Source: Eledone cirrhosa (taxonomy: Eukaryota). Taken from it: a DNA stretch of 64,000 bases. The position numbers were made by a program, and so were the translations under genes. Below the pieces are notes generated by a model. It did not search any database. It was not told the DNA's origin and saw only the letters and a list, made by a program, of their open reading frames with translations. Where the stretch lies: positions 42,098,001 to 42,162,000 of the forward strand of contig OZ024756.1 in the NCBI GenBank assembly GCA_964016885.1. Reading direction: 5' to 3'. Numbering within the stretch: the stretch's first letter is position 1; each line of letters opens with the position of its first letter. Of the stretch, positions 14,892 to 27,230 are shown piece by piece.

Positions 14892-14930
14892 TGAACAAGT
14901 ACTTTCATGCTTTCGCAATCTTCAGGTTCA
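14892..14930 (-). ncRNA. Minimal type I hammerhead ribozyme (Penelope/retrozyme-type)
   Basis: UGAAC-CUGAAGA-UUGC GAAA GCAU-GAAA-GUAC-UU^-GUUCA: intact core, 5-bp stem I, GNRA-capped stem II, palindromic stem III AGUACU. Confidence 0.7.
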
Positions 14931-15867
14931 TAATGTGTGGTGACAGTCAAGTTTGCAATTTTCAACTATATATATATATATATATACATTCACTGCAGTC
15001 TACTTAGCCCCATATATAAATCCGGTACCCGCCTGTAAAATATCTTGCAGTAAAATGTTACCATAACCAAGCCCTTATTGTACGAAACTACGGCTAATTT
15101 CGTATTGTATGTATTAGTATATTAATATTGGGGGTTTAAAACCCATTAAATTTACAGAACACAGCATAGTATCCCCTTTCATAGAAAATACCTACATATA
15201 CCCAAGAAGTGAAATGATTTGGGAGAAATGTTATTTCGAAACCGAACATTCCTTTATCCTGAATTCCAAGAGGCATTCTTTCAAAACTAGGCGTACCGTC
15301 ATTACAAACTGTCTATTTGAAAGTAACTTGAAACAATTTAAAGAAACATTATTTCAATACTAGACATAACATTATCTATTGCTTATTGCTTTGTAAATAG
15401 AGTGAAGTGATTTGAAGAAACGTTCAGCTGGAGACCCCTTATAAGCGAGTGTGGTGCCCTAGCGGCGGGGGTGGAGATTAGTAAGACAGATGTACCCTGG
15501 GACTATCAAAAGCATCACCCCCGATGGGCTTTTTGGTTTATCTTTTACACACACCAGAACAATACGTTTAATAAAAAGTACATAGTGTCAATCCTGCTGT
15601 CAATTCATCGAAATTTCTCTACTTTAGAGACATCAAAGCGATACCAGAAGAATATTTAACAAAATTTCACGCATGCGTGGATCAACCAACCAAGTAAATA
15701 TTTGAATATTACTTTCAAAGAACTGAATTTCTTCGGTAATGTCTGGTTTATGTATTAAAATGGACAATGCTGTCTTCACAGTTGAAACTGTAGTAAGAAC
15801 GAGATAAACGGTGGGGCGGTCTTATTTTAGGTTACTTTACTAGGAATCTACCCGTCACTAACTTCTT

Positions 15868-15939
<72 letters not shown>

Positions 15940-16046
15940 AGAAAAATGGAGTGCTGCGTGGTTGCACATGGGTTACATATGAATAAAATTAGTCCTTCAT
16001 CAGTGATCTTTCAATATATATATATATATAAATCTCTATACCTCTC

Positions 16047-16106
<60 letters not shown>

Positions 16107-16169
16107 GGCAGAAAAGTGCACAAACACATACATATAATATATACATGCAAACAGATATTCTCTCTTAAT

Positions 16170-16207
<38 letters not shown>

Positions 16208-16384
16208 GACATTCTCTTCCTCGTCAGCCGTTAACCCGAGATCACACAATTTCCACACCTTGTCACAGTATAGCTTCATATATCAGACAGAAACATTTAC
16301 AAATGTTTTGACATTTTCTGAAAACTACTTCCATATGTTAGAATATATACATTCATATATGCATATATATACATACATATATAC

Positions 16385-16415
<31 letters not shown>

Positions 16416-16427
16416 TACTTATATATA

Positions 16428-16464
<37 letters not shown>

Positions 16465-16639
16465 GTGTGTGGTGTGTATATATATAAATAGCTTACTGAA
16501 TACACGTGTCTTTTCTAAAAACAATTTTTTTCTATTTCGTCTTTTATCTCTCATTGTGTCTCCTTAGGAAGGACGAGTGTCCCAAACTTATTTCTTCATT
16601 GTACTGTGTTGATTACTTTGATGTTTCCGTTTACTTAAC

Positions 16640-17130
16640 GCAACCTTTCTCAGCCGATGTCACCCGGAACCCCAGGGGTTTCACAAGAAGTCGTTAAGGG
16701 TTCCGTTAATAACAGTTATAAACAAACTAATGTATTTCTGAGTAATTTTGGTTTAATTTTATATCCGTAATTTAACTAGACACGTACGGTATATTGTTGG
16801 AAAATCCTTGGTTATTATAATAAAGGTTTCAATGTCTACAAGAGCCAGATATTAATAATTGTTTCTACTTTGGGCACAAGATCAGCAAATTACCAGTACA
16901 TTACTGGTACTTTATTTTATCGACCCCGTAAGGATGAAAGGCAAAGTTAACCTCGGCGGGATTTGAACTCAGATCATAAAGGGTCGTAACTCTTTGCTGC
17001 AAAGCATGGCGTCCGACCCTCTACCGATACTGCCAATGGTATATAATTAGTTTTTATGTAGCGTTCCTTTAAGACATGAAAACTATTTTCAAGGGTTTCA
17101 CAAGGCTAAAAGAAGGGTTGAGAAACCTTG
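16640..17130. mobile_element. hAT-like MITE interrupted by a SINE (~16860-17037)
   Basis: Ends tttctcagccg...ggaaccccagggg / aagggttgagaaac. A related end occurs at ~7810-7876. Confidence 0.5.
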
Positions 17131-17901
17131 GTCTAATGACTCTAACAATTTGTAGTCAATTAAAACCGACCCCAGAATTTAATTTCATTCTTATTGAACA
17201 TCATAAAGATGAAAGGCAAAGTTTATCTCGTGGTGGAGGAATTGAACAGAGAATGAAGAAATGGAAAGAATACCGCAAATAATTCTGTCAGACTTTCTAA
17301 CGACTTTGCTAATTCGTCCCTCAATTAAAACCCACCCCAGAATGTACTCGCAACTTTATTTTTATCGAACACCAGAAATATGAAAAACAAAGTTAATATC
17401 AATGGGGTGAAGAATTGAACTCAGAGAATGCAGAAGGACAGATCAAATACCGCAAATCATTCTATGACTGCCAATTCGCAACCTATAAGATACTCTAAAT
17501 ATTTTAACTAACAAACCTCTTCTTTTTTTAGATAGTATTTTTTCTTCTTCTGCTAAATCATTACAGGATGCTAAGAGTTCATAAGTTCAAAGATAGAAAA
17601 ATAACAGAAATGATAAAAATAGTATAAATATAATGGCTAACCCCTCTACCTAGCACTGTATTGTTTTTCACTTTGAGGTCAATTTATTTGTAAACTATTG
17701 TTCATTTGAAATAAATATTTTATTTTTAAATTAGGACAACTATTATCATTATGTATAGTAAAAAATATATTTACACAAACATCAGAATAGAATCGAGATT
17801 TTTTCTTGTTTTCTTTGCATTGTTTCATATATATATATTTGCCCTTCGTATTTTTCTACTACATTGTACCGGCTCTAAAAATTATCGGTTTTTATCACAC
17901 T

Positions 17902-17936
<35 letters not shown>

Positions 17937-18305
17937 GCGTGCGCGTATAAAGTGGACAGAATTGCAAAGACAATCCAAAAGGATGGCGCCAGAGAGATGT
18001 TTTTTCTTTGTTTATATTTCCGTTAAATGTCAAATTTTCCACAAAAATGATAAAAAAAACAAAACAAATGACACATCGTCTTATATACGAGGTTAAGTAT
18101 CTGGTAGACTAACGTCATATATATGTGTGGAGCCACGTGGCCTATACATATATATAATTTTAATAATTAATCTGGAAAACATTACTTGTAGAGTGCTTCC
18201 AATCTATTGTAAAACTCACTTTGACGTATTCATTGAATCTTGTTTAACTCTTAAATATATATATATATATATATTTAATTTAGAAAGTGAACAAACAAAA
18301 TATTA

Positions 18306-18373
18306 CTCCATTACCAAAGGTTTCTGGATCACAGGCGATAATAATATACGTCTGGATCGGTCGTCAGACAGAG
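18306..18373 (-). ncRNA. Type I hammerhead ribozyme-like motif, slightly decayed
   Basis: CUCUGU-CUGACGA-cc GAUC CAG..CUG u GAUC ca-GAAA-CC UUU GG-UA^-AUGGAG. Confidence 0.55.
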
Positions 18374-19537
18374 ATGTTATGGATAAAAGATATGAAATGA
18401 GATTTAAAATCTGTTAAAATATATATATATATTATAGTGCGTCGTACAAAATTCTTTTCGGCATTTATTCCAGTTCTCAACGTTCTGAGTTCAAATCTCG
18501 CCGAGGTTAGCTTTGCTTTTCATCCTTACGTGGTCGATTAAAATAAAGTAGCAGTAACGTACTGGGGTCCACTTATTCGACTTTCCCCTCCCCCAAATTG
18601 CTGGCCTTGTGCCTATAATAGAAATCATTGTTATCATAATTAGGGTAGTGGATTGGCAGTAATCGGTAGAGCGTCTGACATGTTTTGTGGCACAGAGTTA
18701 CGGTCTTTAAAGTTTTGAGCTCGAATCTCGCCGAGGTTAGCTTTGCCTTTCATGGTCGATTAAAATAAAGTACCAGTAACGCACTGGAGTCGATTTAATC
18801 GACTTTACCCTCGCCCCCAAAACATTATTGGTCCAGTACCTAAGTCAGAAACCATTAATATTATCACAGGGCGTGGTGTTGGAAATATTTGTCAACTTGT
18901 TATATGGATTTGCAATCTTCTCGTGACCATAACCTATTAAAAACAAAGAATTTACTTTCTCACCATCACATGATATTTCACAAGGTTTATATGTTTCATC
19001 TAAATTTTGAGAATCTGACATGACAATGACTCTTTATCAGGTGACTTGTTCAACAGTTCTGACATATTGGTTTCCGTTTACACTACAGAAATGTGTCTCT
19101 CTTTTTTTTTGGGGGGGGGGGGGGGGTTGTTTTTCGGGGAATGTTGTCCAGAGAGAGAGAGATTTACTTCCATTTTGAATGTATTTCTCAGGAAAATAGA
19201 AATATTTCATGCAAATTGATACAAACGATACTACAGTACTTCCGGTGTATAAGACGCACATTTATTTCCGGTTTATGAAACATGCATTTTTTACCGGAAA
19301 AAAAAAAAAAGAAATTACAAATATAATTGTTTCTACTTTCGGGGGCACAAGGCCAGCAATTTGAAGGGAAGGAAGAGGTCAATTAAATCGATCCAAGTAC
19401 GTTACTGGTGCTTTATTTTATCGATCTCGTAAGGATGAAAGGTGTATATATATATACATAGTGGTGGTAAGAAACTCTCAGGAAAGCTGGACAGCAGGTC
19501 TTCAAAGAAGACCCCACCCCACAAAGCAACTGTTTCG

Positions 19538-19619
<82 letters not shown>

Positions 19620-20480
19620 ACGACCCCAGTACTGTTCTTTATTGACATCGAAACGATGAAAATCGATGTTAATCTCAGAAAGTGAACAGAGCCGAAACTA
19701 ATACCACAAATCATCCTGTCAGACGTTCTAACGACTTTGCCAATTAGACAAATATATATATTTGTTAAATACTGCGGAAGTTTGAAACGCTGTTGTCTGC
19801 TGTATTGTAAATAATGTCTTTCTTTTTCTATTAACAATTTTAGCGGAGATTCTTGCCAATAAACACCCGAAAATGTTGGCTTCAATTTCCAAAACATTCG
19901 TCTATTTGACGCTACTTCACGTTCCAACAACACTCTCTAATCAAAATGTCATAGTTAATTTTTCCTAATTATAATAATTATAATGGGTTGGCTTCACAGT
20001 TAATATTTAATTGTTAAACGTCCGTCGACCGGAGCCATCTACTTTGGCAGAAGACTCACAAATGATTATTTGGCCTAACCATATTGTCTGTGGCGTCCAG
20101 CAGCCGACAACATCGTCTGCTAAGCTTGGCTTCATAACAATTTACTTAAAACTGAACGATGACCTATTTTGTAAACTAACTAGATACTATGATGACGTTT
20201 TTTGTTAGCCTCTATCATCAATATCTCATGACATAGCTATATATATATATATATATATATATATAAGTATGTACACGTAATGTACATGTATGTAATATGT
20301 AAGCATTATAATAAATGTTCGGTGAATCCATACGTGCATATATATATGTGTGCATGTATGTATATATATATATACATACTACTGTACGTCGGTATACATA
20401 TATGTATGTACGTGTACATACTTATATTTAAGTAACAGCCGTACTAAGAGTGGGAAATGAAATATCGTTTCATTTTTTCC

Positions 20481-20516
<36 letters not shown>

Positions 20517-21359
20517 ATAATAATAAATGCAAAGACTAAAATCCAAAGAGGGCTCGATAAGAATAAATATATATCTAATATATAGTTTCAGAAGATCTCG
20601 TTAAGGGTGAAAGCAGCGATTCTTTGCTTAAACTTTAATCTGTTATTTTAATAATATATATCTATATATAGATAGAGAGGTGTGTGTTGGTAGAAATCCA
20701 TAGATGAAAGATCAAGGTAAACTGCTCAATCTGTTGAAAGAGAGCTTATATAGTATAAACATAGTTTCATACACCTAACATGTATGTGCTACATTAGTTT
20801 CGGGGTTCAGTCATGGCCACCACTGTATATTGGAGTTAAAATTAATGCATGTAAGATTTCACAGCTCTAGCATCACTCCTTTATGAACTTTTCAGTCAAT
20901 CCTTATATATATATAACAAAGAAAGTGTGGTAAGGAAGCAGGTGGACCATAACGCACCAGAGTACCCGATACTCAGGGTAGTAGAGTGGGTAATAGGAAA
21001 TGAGTCAGGACCCCGACAGCTGAGCTCTGGCCGTTTCAAAAGCTAGATGTCGAAACGGCCAGAGCTCAGCTCTTTTTCTATATATTTATATATAGAGAAT
21101 GTTTAAACACTGCTACTTTGTAAGAAAATATTGAGGTATTAAAAGAAAGTGAATATGTATCAAATATCAAAATTATAACTTCTAAAAATAACTGCGAGAC
21201 ATAGAGTTTCTAGATTTGTCACGAGAACAACATTAAGAAGATTGACTAACTTACAATCAAATAAATGGTTGCCGGGAGCTTTTGGGGGGGAATGGGGAGA
21301 TATTTTTCTTTTGTTTGTTTGTTTTTAACTAGTCACATTATTCAACTAGAAAAACATGA

Positions 21360-22070
21360 TTAACCTGTCAGCATTTAAACCAGCCATATCTGGCTCGAAT
21401 TCTCTCACCTCTTTCTGTTCAAACCGGCCACTCATACTGATGTTAAGGTATTGTTCTCAAAATAAATATCAAAATCTCATAGATTCGATATTATGTGAGG
21501 TAAAGCCTGTACTGTGAAAATACAATAGTAAATATAGAGTAATGTAAATGTTATGTGAGATATTATGTAAGATAAAACCTTTACTGTGAAAATACAATAG
21601 TATATATAGAGTACTGTAAATGTTATGTGAGATAAAGTCTTTACTGTGAAAATACAATAGTATATATATAGAGTACTGTAAATGTTATGTGAGATAAAGT
21701 CTTTACTGTGAAAATACAATAGTATATATATATAGAGTACTGTAAATGTTATGCGAGATAAAGTCTTTACTGTGAAAATACAATAGTATATATATAGAGT
21801 AATGTAAATGTTATGTGAGATAAAGTCTTTACTGTGAAAATACAATAGTATATATATAGAGTACTGTAAATGTTATGTGAGATAAAGTCTTTACTGTGAA
21901 AATACAATAGTATATATATAGAGTACTGTAAATGTTATGTGAGATAAAGTCTTTACTGTGAAAATACAATAGTATATATATAGAGTACTGTAAATGTTAT
22001 GTGAGATAAAGTCTTTACTGTGAAAATACAATAGTATATATATAGAGTAATGTAAATGATAAAGGGTTAA
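21360..22070. mobile_element. piggyBac-like MITE carrying an internal ~62-bp tandem array (~21500-22060, 8-9 copies)
   Basis: Reverse complement of the 1973-2179 element; ends aaagggttaa. Confidence 0.7.
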
Positions 22071-23229
22071 AAGAAAGCAGTAATATTGAAAATCAACTTA
22101 GAAGAAATCACCATCATATGATATGGTAAATGTATGTATAAACCAATAACTCCTGTCGGGGTGCTGTAGTTTAGGGCATTTTAAACCTAGCAGAGGCCAT
22201 CTCCTCTCCACGTCTAAACACAACCGATTTCTTCCATATATATATATATATATCAAAAATGGCTGACTGAATACACATGTTCTCCCCTTCCCACTCTGTC
22301 TTTCTATTCTATCTTTTTTTCTAACTATCTTCTGATGAAGGACTAGTGTCCGAAACATTGACTCTTTTCCTATTATTTCAAGCTTAAACTAATATGGCTG
22401 TGTAGACTGGGAGCTTTTAGCCATTTCAGCAGCATTATGGGGAGCACGTTCTGCTTTCCATGCATGGGTTGGACAAAAGAGGTGTATCAGATAAAAAAAA
22501 ACAGTAATATGACTGCATCACATTTAATATTAAATCCTTTACTCTAATACTGCAAATGTTCACAACAATCTGTCCACTAGTAAAGATACTATAAACATCT
22601 GAATTAACAAAGCTGTTTTTAGATATTTCCTGCCAAATCATTACAGGATGTTAAGAGATATTACAAATATCAAGTAACCTTATGTAAGTCAAGGGAGATA
22701 ACTGTGAATTGGTAATGATAGACAAACTAGAATTAAAATTACACCTTTCTTTTTATTGTACTTAATAAAGTCTTTCATCTTTTATATATATATACACATA
22801 CATACACATATATATGGATAGATACATACATACATCTTAGGCAAGTTTACATTTTTTGCTTAAGTTTGTTTGCTCCATTATTCCACAAAAAAATGAGGAA
22901 TATGTAGTACAATAGTATGTGATGCTAAAGACAGGAAGAGACGAGTTGCTGAAAGGAATGATGGTAAGTGCTTTCTTTGACTAACAAACGAGAATAATGG
23001 AGAATTACACCCATATTTACAAAATAATAATTGTTTCTATTTTAGGCACAAGGCCAGCAAATACCCAGTACATTACTGGTACATTATTTTTTCGACCCCG
23101 TAAGGTTGAAAGGCAAAGTTAACCTCGGCGGGATTTAAACTCAGATCATAAAGGGCCGTAACTATACTTCAAAGCATGGTGTCCGACTCTCTACCGATAC
23201 TGCCAATCTCCCGCCCTATTTACAAAATA

Positions 23230-23440
23230 ATGGTTTCTGATTTAAGCACAAGGCTAACAATTCTGAGGAAGGGGAAAGTCAATTAAATCGACCCCAGTGC
23301 ATTACTGGTACTTTATTTTATCGACCCCGTAAGGATGAAAGGCAAAGTCAACCTCGGCAGGACTTGAGTTCAGAATGTAAAGGGACGTAACTATGCTGGA
23401 AAGCATGGCGTCCGACCCTCTACCGATACTGCCAATCCCC
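23230..23440 (-). mobile_element. tRNA-derived SINE (family 1)
   Basis: Head GGTGGATTGGCAGTATCGG (A-box) and GAGTTCAAATCC-type B-box; core gcctttcatccttacggggtcgataaaataaagtaccag. Other copies at ~11030-11230, 16860-17037, 18480-18850, 23030-23215, 24255-24470, 38840-38990, 51590-51730, 56085-56270. Confidence 0.8.
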
Positions 23441-24245
23441 CACCCACCCATGGCGTCCGACCCTCTACCGATACTGCCAATCCCCCACCCATGGCTTCCG
23501 ACCCTCTACCGATACTGCCAATCCACCACCCATGGCGTCCGACCCTCTACCGATACTGCCAATCCACCACCCATGGCGTCCGACCCTCTACTGATACTGC
23601 CAATCCACCACCCATGGCGTCCGACCCTCTACTGATACTGCCAATCCACCACCCATGGCTTCCGACCCTCTACCGATACTGCCAATCCACCACCCATGGC
23701 GTCCGACCCTCTACCGATACTGCCAATCCCCCACCCATGGCGTCCGACCCTCTACTGATACTGCCAATCCACCACCCATGGCTTCCGACCCTCTACCGAT
23801 ACTGCCAATCCCCCACCCACCCATGGCGTCCGACCCTCTACCGATACTGCCAATCCACCACCCATGGCTTCCGACCCTCTACCGATACTGCCAATCCCCC
23901 ACCCATGGCGTCCGACCCTCTACCGATACTGCCAATCCCCCACCCATGGCGTCCGACCCTCTACCGATACTGCCAATCCCCCACCCATGGCGTCCGACCC
24001 TCTACCGATACTGCCAATCCCCCACCCATGGCGTCCGACCCTCTACCGATACTGCCAATCCACCACCCACCCATGGCGTCCGACCCTCTCCCGATACTGC
24101 CAATCCACCACCCACCCATGGCGTCCGACCCTCTACCGATACTGCCAATCCACCACCCACCCATGGCGTCCGACCCTCTACCGATACTGCCAATCCACCA
24201 CCCACCCATGGCGTCCGACCCTCTACCGATACTGCCAATTCACCG
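23404..24245. repeat. 41/45-bp minisatellite, ~20 copies, derived from the SINE 5' head
   Basis: Unit catggcgtccgaccctctaccgatactgccaatccaccacc matches the SINE head, e.g. 17005-17037. Confidence 0.95.
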
Positions 24246-25202
24246 CCCTTAATAATAATAAGTTTCTTATATAGGCACAAGGCTAACAATTTTGGGGGAG
24301 GGGGTAAAGTCGATTAAATTGACCACAGTGCATTACTGGTACTTTATTTCATCGACCCCGTAATGATGAAAGGCAAAGTTAACCGCGGCAGGACTTGAGT
24401 TCAGAATGTAAATGGCCATAACTCTATGCTGTAAAGCATGGTGTCTGACGCTCTACCGATACTTCCAATCCCTTGATAATAATAATAATAATAATAATGA
24501 TCCCCCACTCGACCCCATCTAATAACGAGCTAATAATATCAAAGAAATGCTAGCGATCAACTTTCTTTACAAAATGAAAATTTCAATTTACAACAATGCA
24601 ATTATCAATATCATTATTATTATACTAAGGTCTAAAAAATGGAGAAGGGTCAGTATAGAATTTTTGTCCACCCGGTTTTTTTTTGTCTTTTCAGAGGCAA
24701 CCAACTGCCTTACAAGTATTAAAATAAAAAAAAAATACTTTAACAGCTATTATTATTATTATTATTATTCTCTAATCACCTCGTCCTGTAAGTGGTTGTT
24801 GAGTGGGGGGAGAGGTTTTTGTTTTACACACACAGACACAGACATATATATATATCATTTCATTTTACGTCGACTTTTCCCTGCTTGCAAGGGTGAGACG
24901 GGAACTCATTCTGGCTTGATTTCTACAGCTGGATGCCCTTCCTAACACCAACCTCATTTACAATGAGTGCTGGGTGCTTTTTTGCCATGGCACCTCCACG
25001 ACCACTTTGCAGTGGAATGATATGGACCCCAGTGCCTATCATCTCATTTCTACAGCTGAGTGAACTGGAGCAATGTGAAATAAAGTGTCTTGCTCAAGGA
25101 AACAAGACATCACCCGGTCTGAGAATTGAACTCACAACCTTTCGATTGCAAGGCCAATGCTCTAACCACCAAGCCATGTGCCTCCATTTAACACATTTGC
25201 AA

Positions 25203-25261
25203 AGCCCCCAGTGAGAATTGAACTCATGACCCCTGGTTTACAAGACCAGTGCTCTAACCAC
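25203..25261 (-). pseudogene. 5'-truncated tRNA-Thr(UGU)-like fragment
   Basis: GTGGTTAGAGCA CTGGT CT TGT AA ACCAG GGGTC ATGAG TTCAATT CTCAC TGGGGGC: anticodon arm and T arm recognisable; 5' acceptor strand and 5' D-stem missing. Confidence 0.7.
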
Positions 25262-25740
25262 ACACCTATGTAGGTTTAGCTGGCCTTCTAAAGGTTTGTG
25301 TCTCATAGGAAGTTTTCTAGGGAGTTTTAATGATAGGGGCCCCATTCCTATCATGTTACAAGACACGCCTATATAGGTTTATATTTCATGAGAAGTTTCT
25401 AAGGTGTTTTAATGATAGGGAACTTAGTGTTATTGAGAAAAGCAACGAGGAATGAAGAAGGTTCTTGATTTTCTACTTTATTATACAGGTACAAAATATG
25501 TTGCTCCTTATCTCTTCTGATGAGTAAAAAAACATAGGGATTTTTGTTTTCTATGCAAAGAGGGGGGCAGAGTTTTTAAACAGATTTTACACATTTGAGA
25601 TAGGGTGAATGTGAGTAAGATAATTTGAGTTTCAAGTGTAAAAATGAGAGAGAGAGACTCAGGTAAGAAAAATGGGATCTAATATAGCTTGAAAAACAAA
25701 ACAAAACAACACAGCAGTAGTAGTAGCAGCAGCAATAATA

Positions 25741-25957
25741 ATGGTTTCTGATTTAGGCACAAGGCCAGCAATTTTTGGGGGAGAAGGGGAAAGTCGAATA
25801 AATCGACCCGTGTTACTGGTACTTTATTTTATCGACCCCGTAAGGATGAATGGCAAAGTTAACCTCGGTGGGATTTGAACTCAGAATGTAAAGGGCCGTA
25901 ACTCTATGCCACAAAGCAGGGTGTCCGACGTTCTACCAATTCTACTGCCAATCCACA
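25741..25957 (-). mobile_element. Full-length SINE family 1 copy
   Basis: Complete head, core and tail as above. Confidence 0.8.
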
Positions 25958-27027
25958 ATAACAACAATGCAGTTGTGTTTTGTTTTGTCTTTTTCTAATG
26001 ACATACACCAACAATGATCTTCGTTAAAAACAAAAACAAAAAAACTGCAGGTGAGAAAGATAAGACTGAAGTTTAAGTATTACAATATAATTTATCAGAA
26101 AATAGAACAAAAAAAAAAACAACAAAAAACAAAGACAATATTACCAACATGAAAAGAGACTTGGTTTGGTGTTTGCTTCTTTTTTCTCTTCTATATATAT
26201 ATATATCTTTTTTTTTGTGTGTGTCTGTTAAATCTTTTTCAAAGATTTATATCATATTGTATTATTTCTTCTGAAGAATAACTCTACAATTTTTCTTCAT
26301 TATATTAATAATTATAATAATAATAATAATAATAATCCATTGTTTTCTTTTGTTTGTTGTTTTTTAAGAGTTTATTATGAACAACTCGTTCGTAAAACTC
26401 GCTCGCACACATTAATATGTACATTATATATATACACGCAACATATGTACATACATACATACATTCACACACTCTCATATATTCAAAAGAGGAAAAAAAA
26501 AACGAAAAAAAAAACAAAAAATGAGTCCCTGGTGAAATCTTAATAAATAAACGTCAGTAAGGTTGAAGAACCGTCTTTTTGTTTGTTGTTTTTTCTTAAT
26601 ATATTTGTATGTTTGGCTGTTGGGTTTATTATTTCTATTTTTGAATTTTTTTTTTGTTAGTTTTCGCCATAATTGAAGAAAACCTGTAGAAACTGCCATA
26701 ACTTGGTCTCGCTCACAGAATTAAGGTTCTTGTACTTTTCCCAAAAAAGATACTATTTATAGTGACTTATTATTAGTAGTAGTAATAATAGTATTTTACT
26801 TTCAAGACTGACAAAACTTTGGTCCATAGAAATTTTCTTCCCCCATCAGGCCAGAAAAATAAAATCTTAAAAAAAAAAAAACGTCTTGTTCTTGAAATTT
26901 CTCACTTTTCTCGCCCTATCAGCATTTGAGTTCAAGAGAGTAGAATGAAATAATAATTGTAAGCAGAATTGGTGATGGCAGTGGGTGGTGACATGTATAT
27001 ACATATATATATACACACACACACACA

Positions 27028-27094
<67 letters not shown>

Positions 27095-27124
27095 CTAGCT
27101 CATCTAGGTTAACAGCAAGACTTT

Positions 27125-27230
27125 TCAGTTTAAATATTTCCTACAGCGCCTGGAACCACAGGTGCAGGCAATTTTGATATCTTCTATGGGGAATTTGTAG
27201 TCGTAAGTTAACTCTTCACCTCGCTTGATG
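27125..27230 (-). CDS. KMT2A: KMT2A/trx last coding exon: SET end and post-SET
   Basis: [37 protein letters not shown]. Confidence 0.97.

Noticed and set aside
23393-24317. Repetitive ORFs and a CRISPR-like look of the 41-bp array
   Set aside because: Units are contiguous with no unique spacers, the sequence is SINE-derived, and no cas genes are present.
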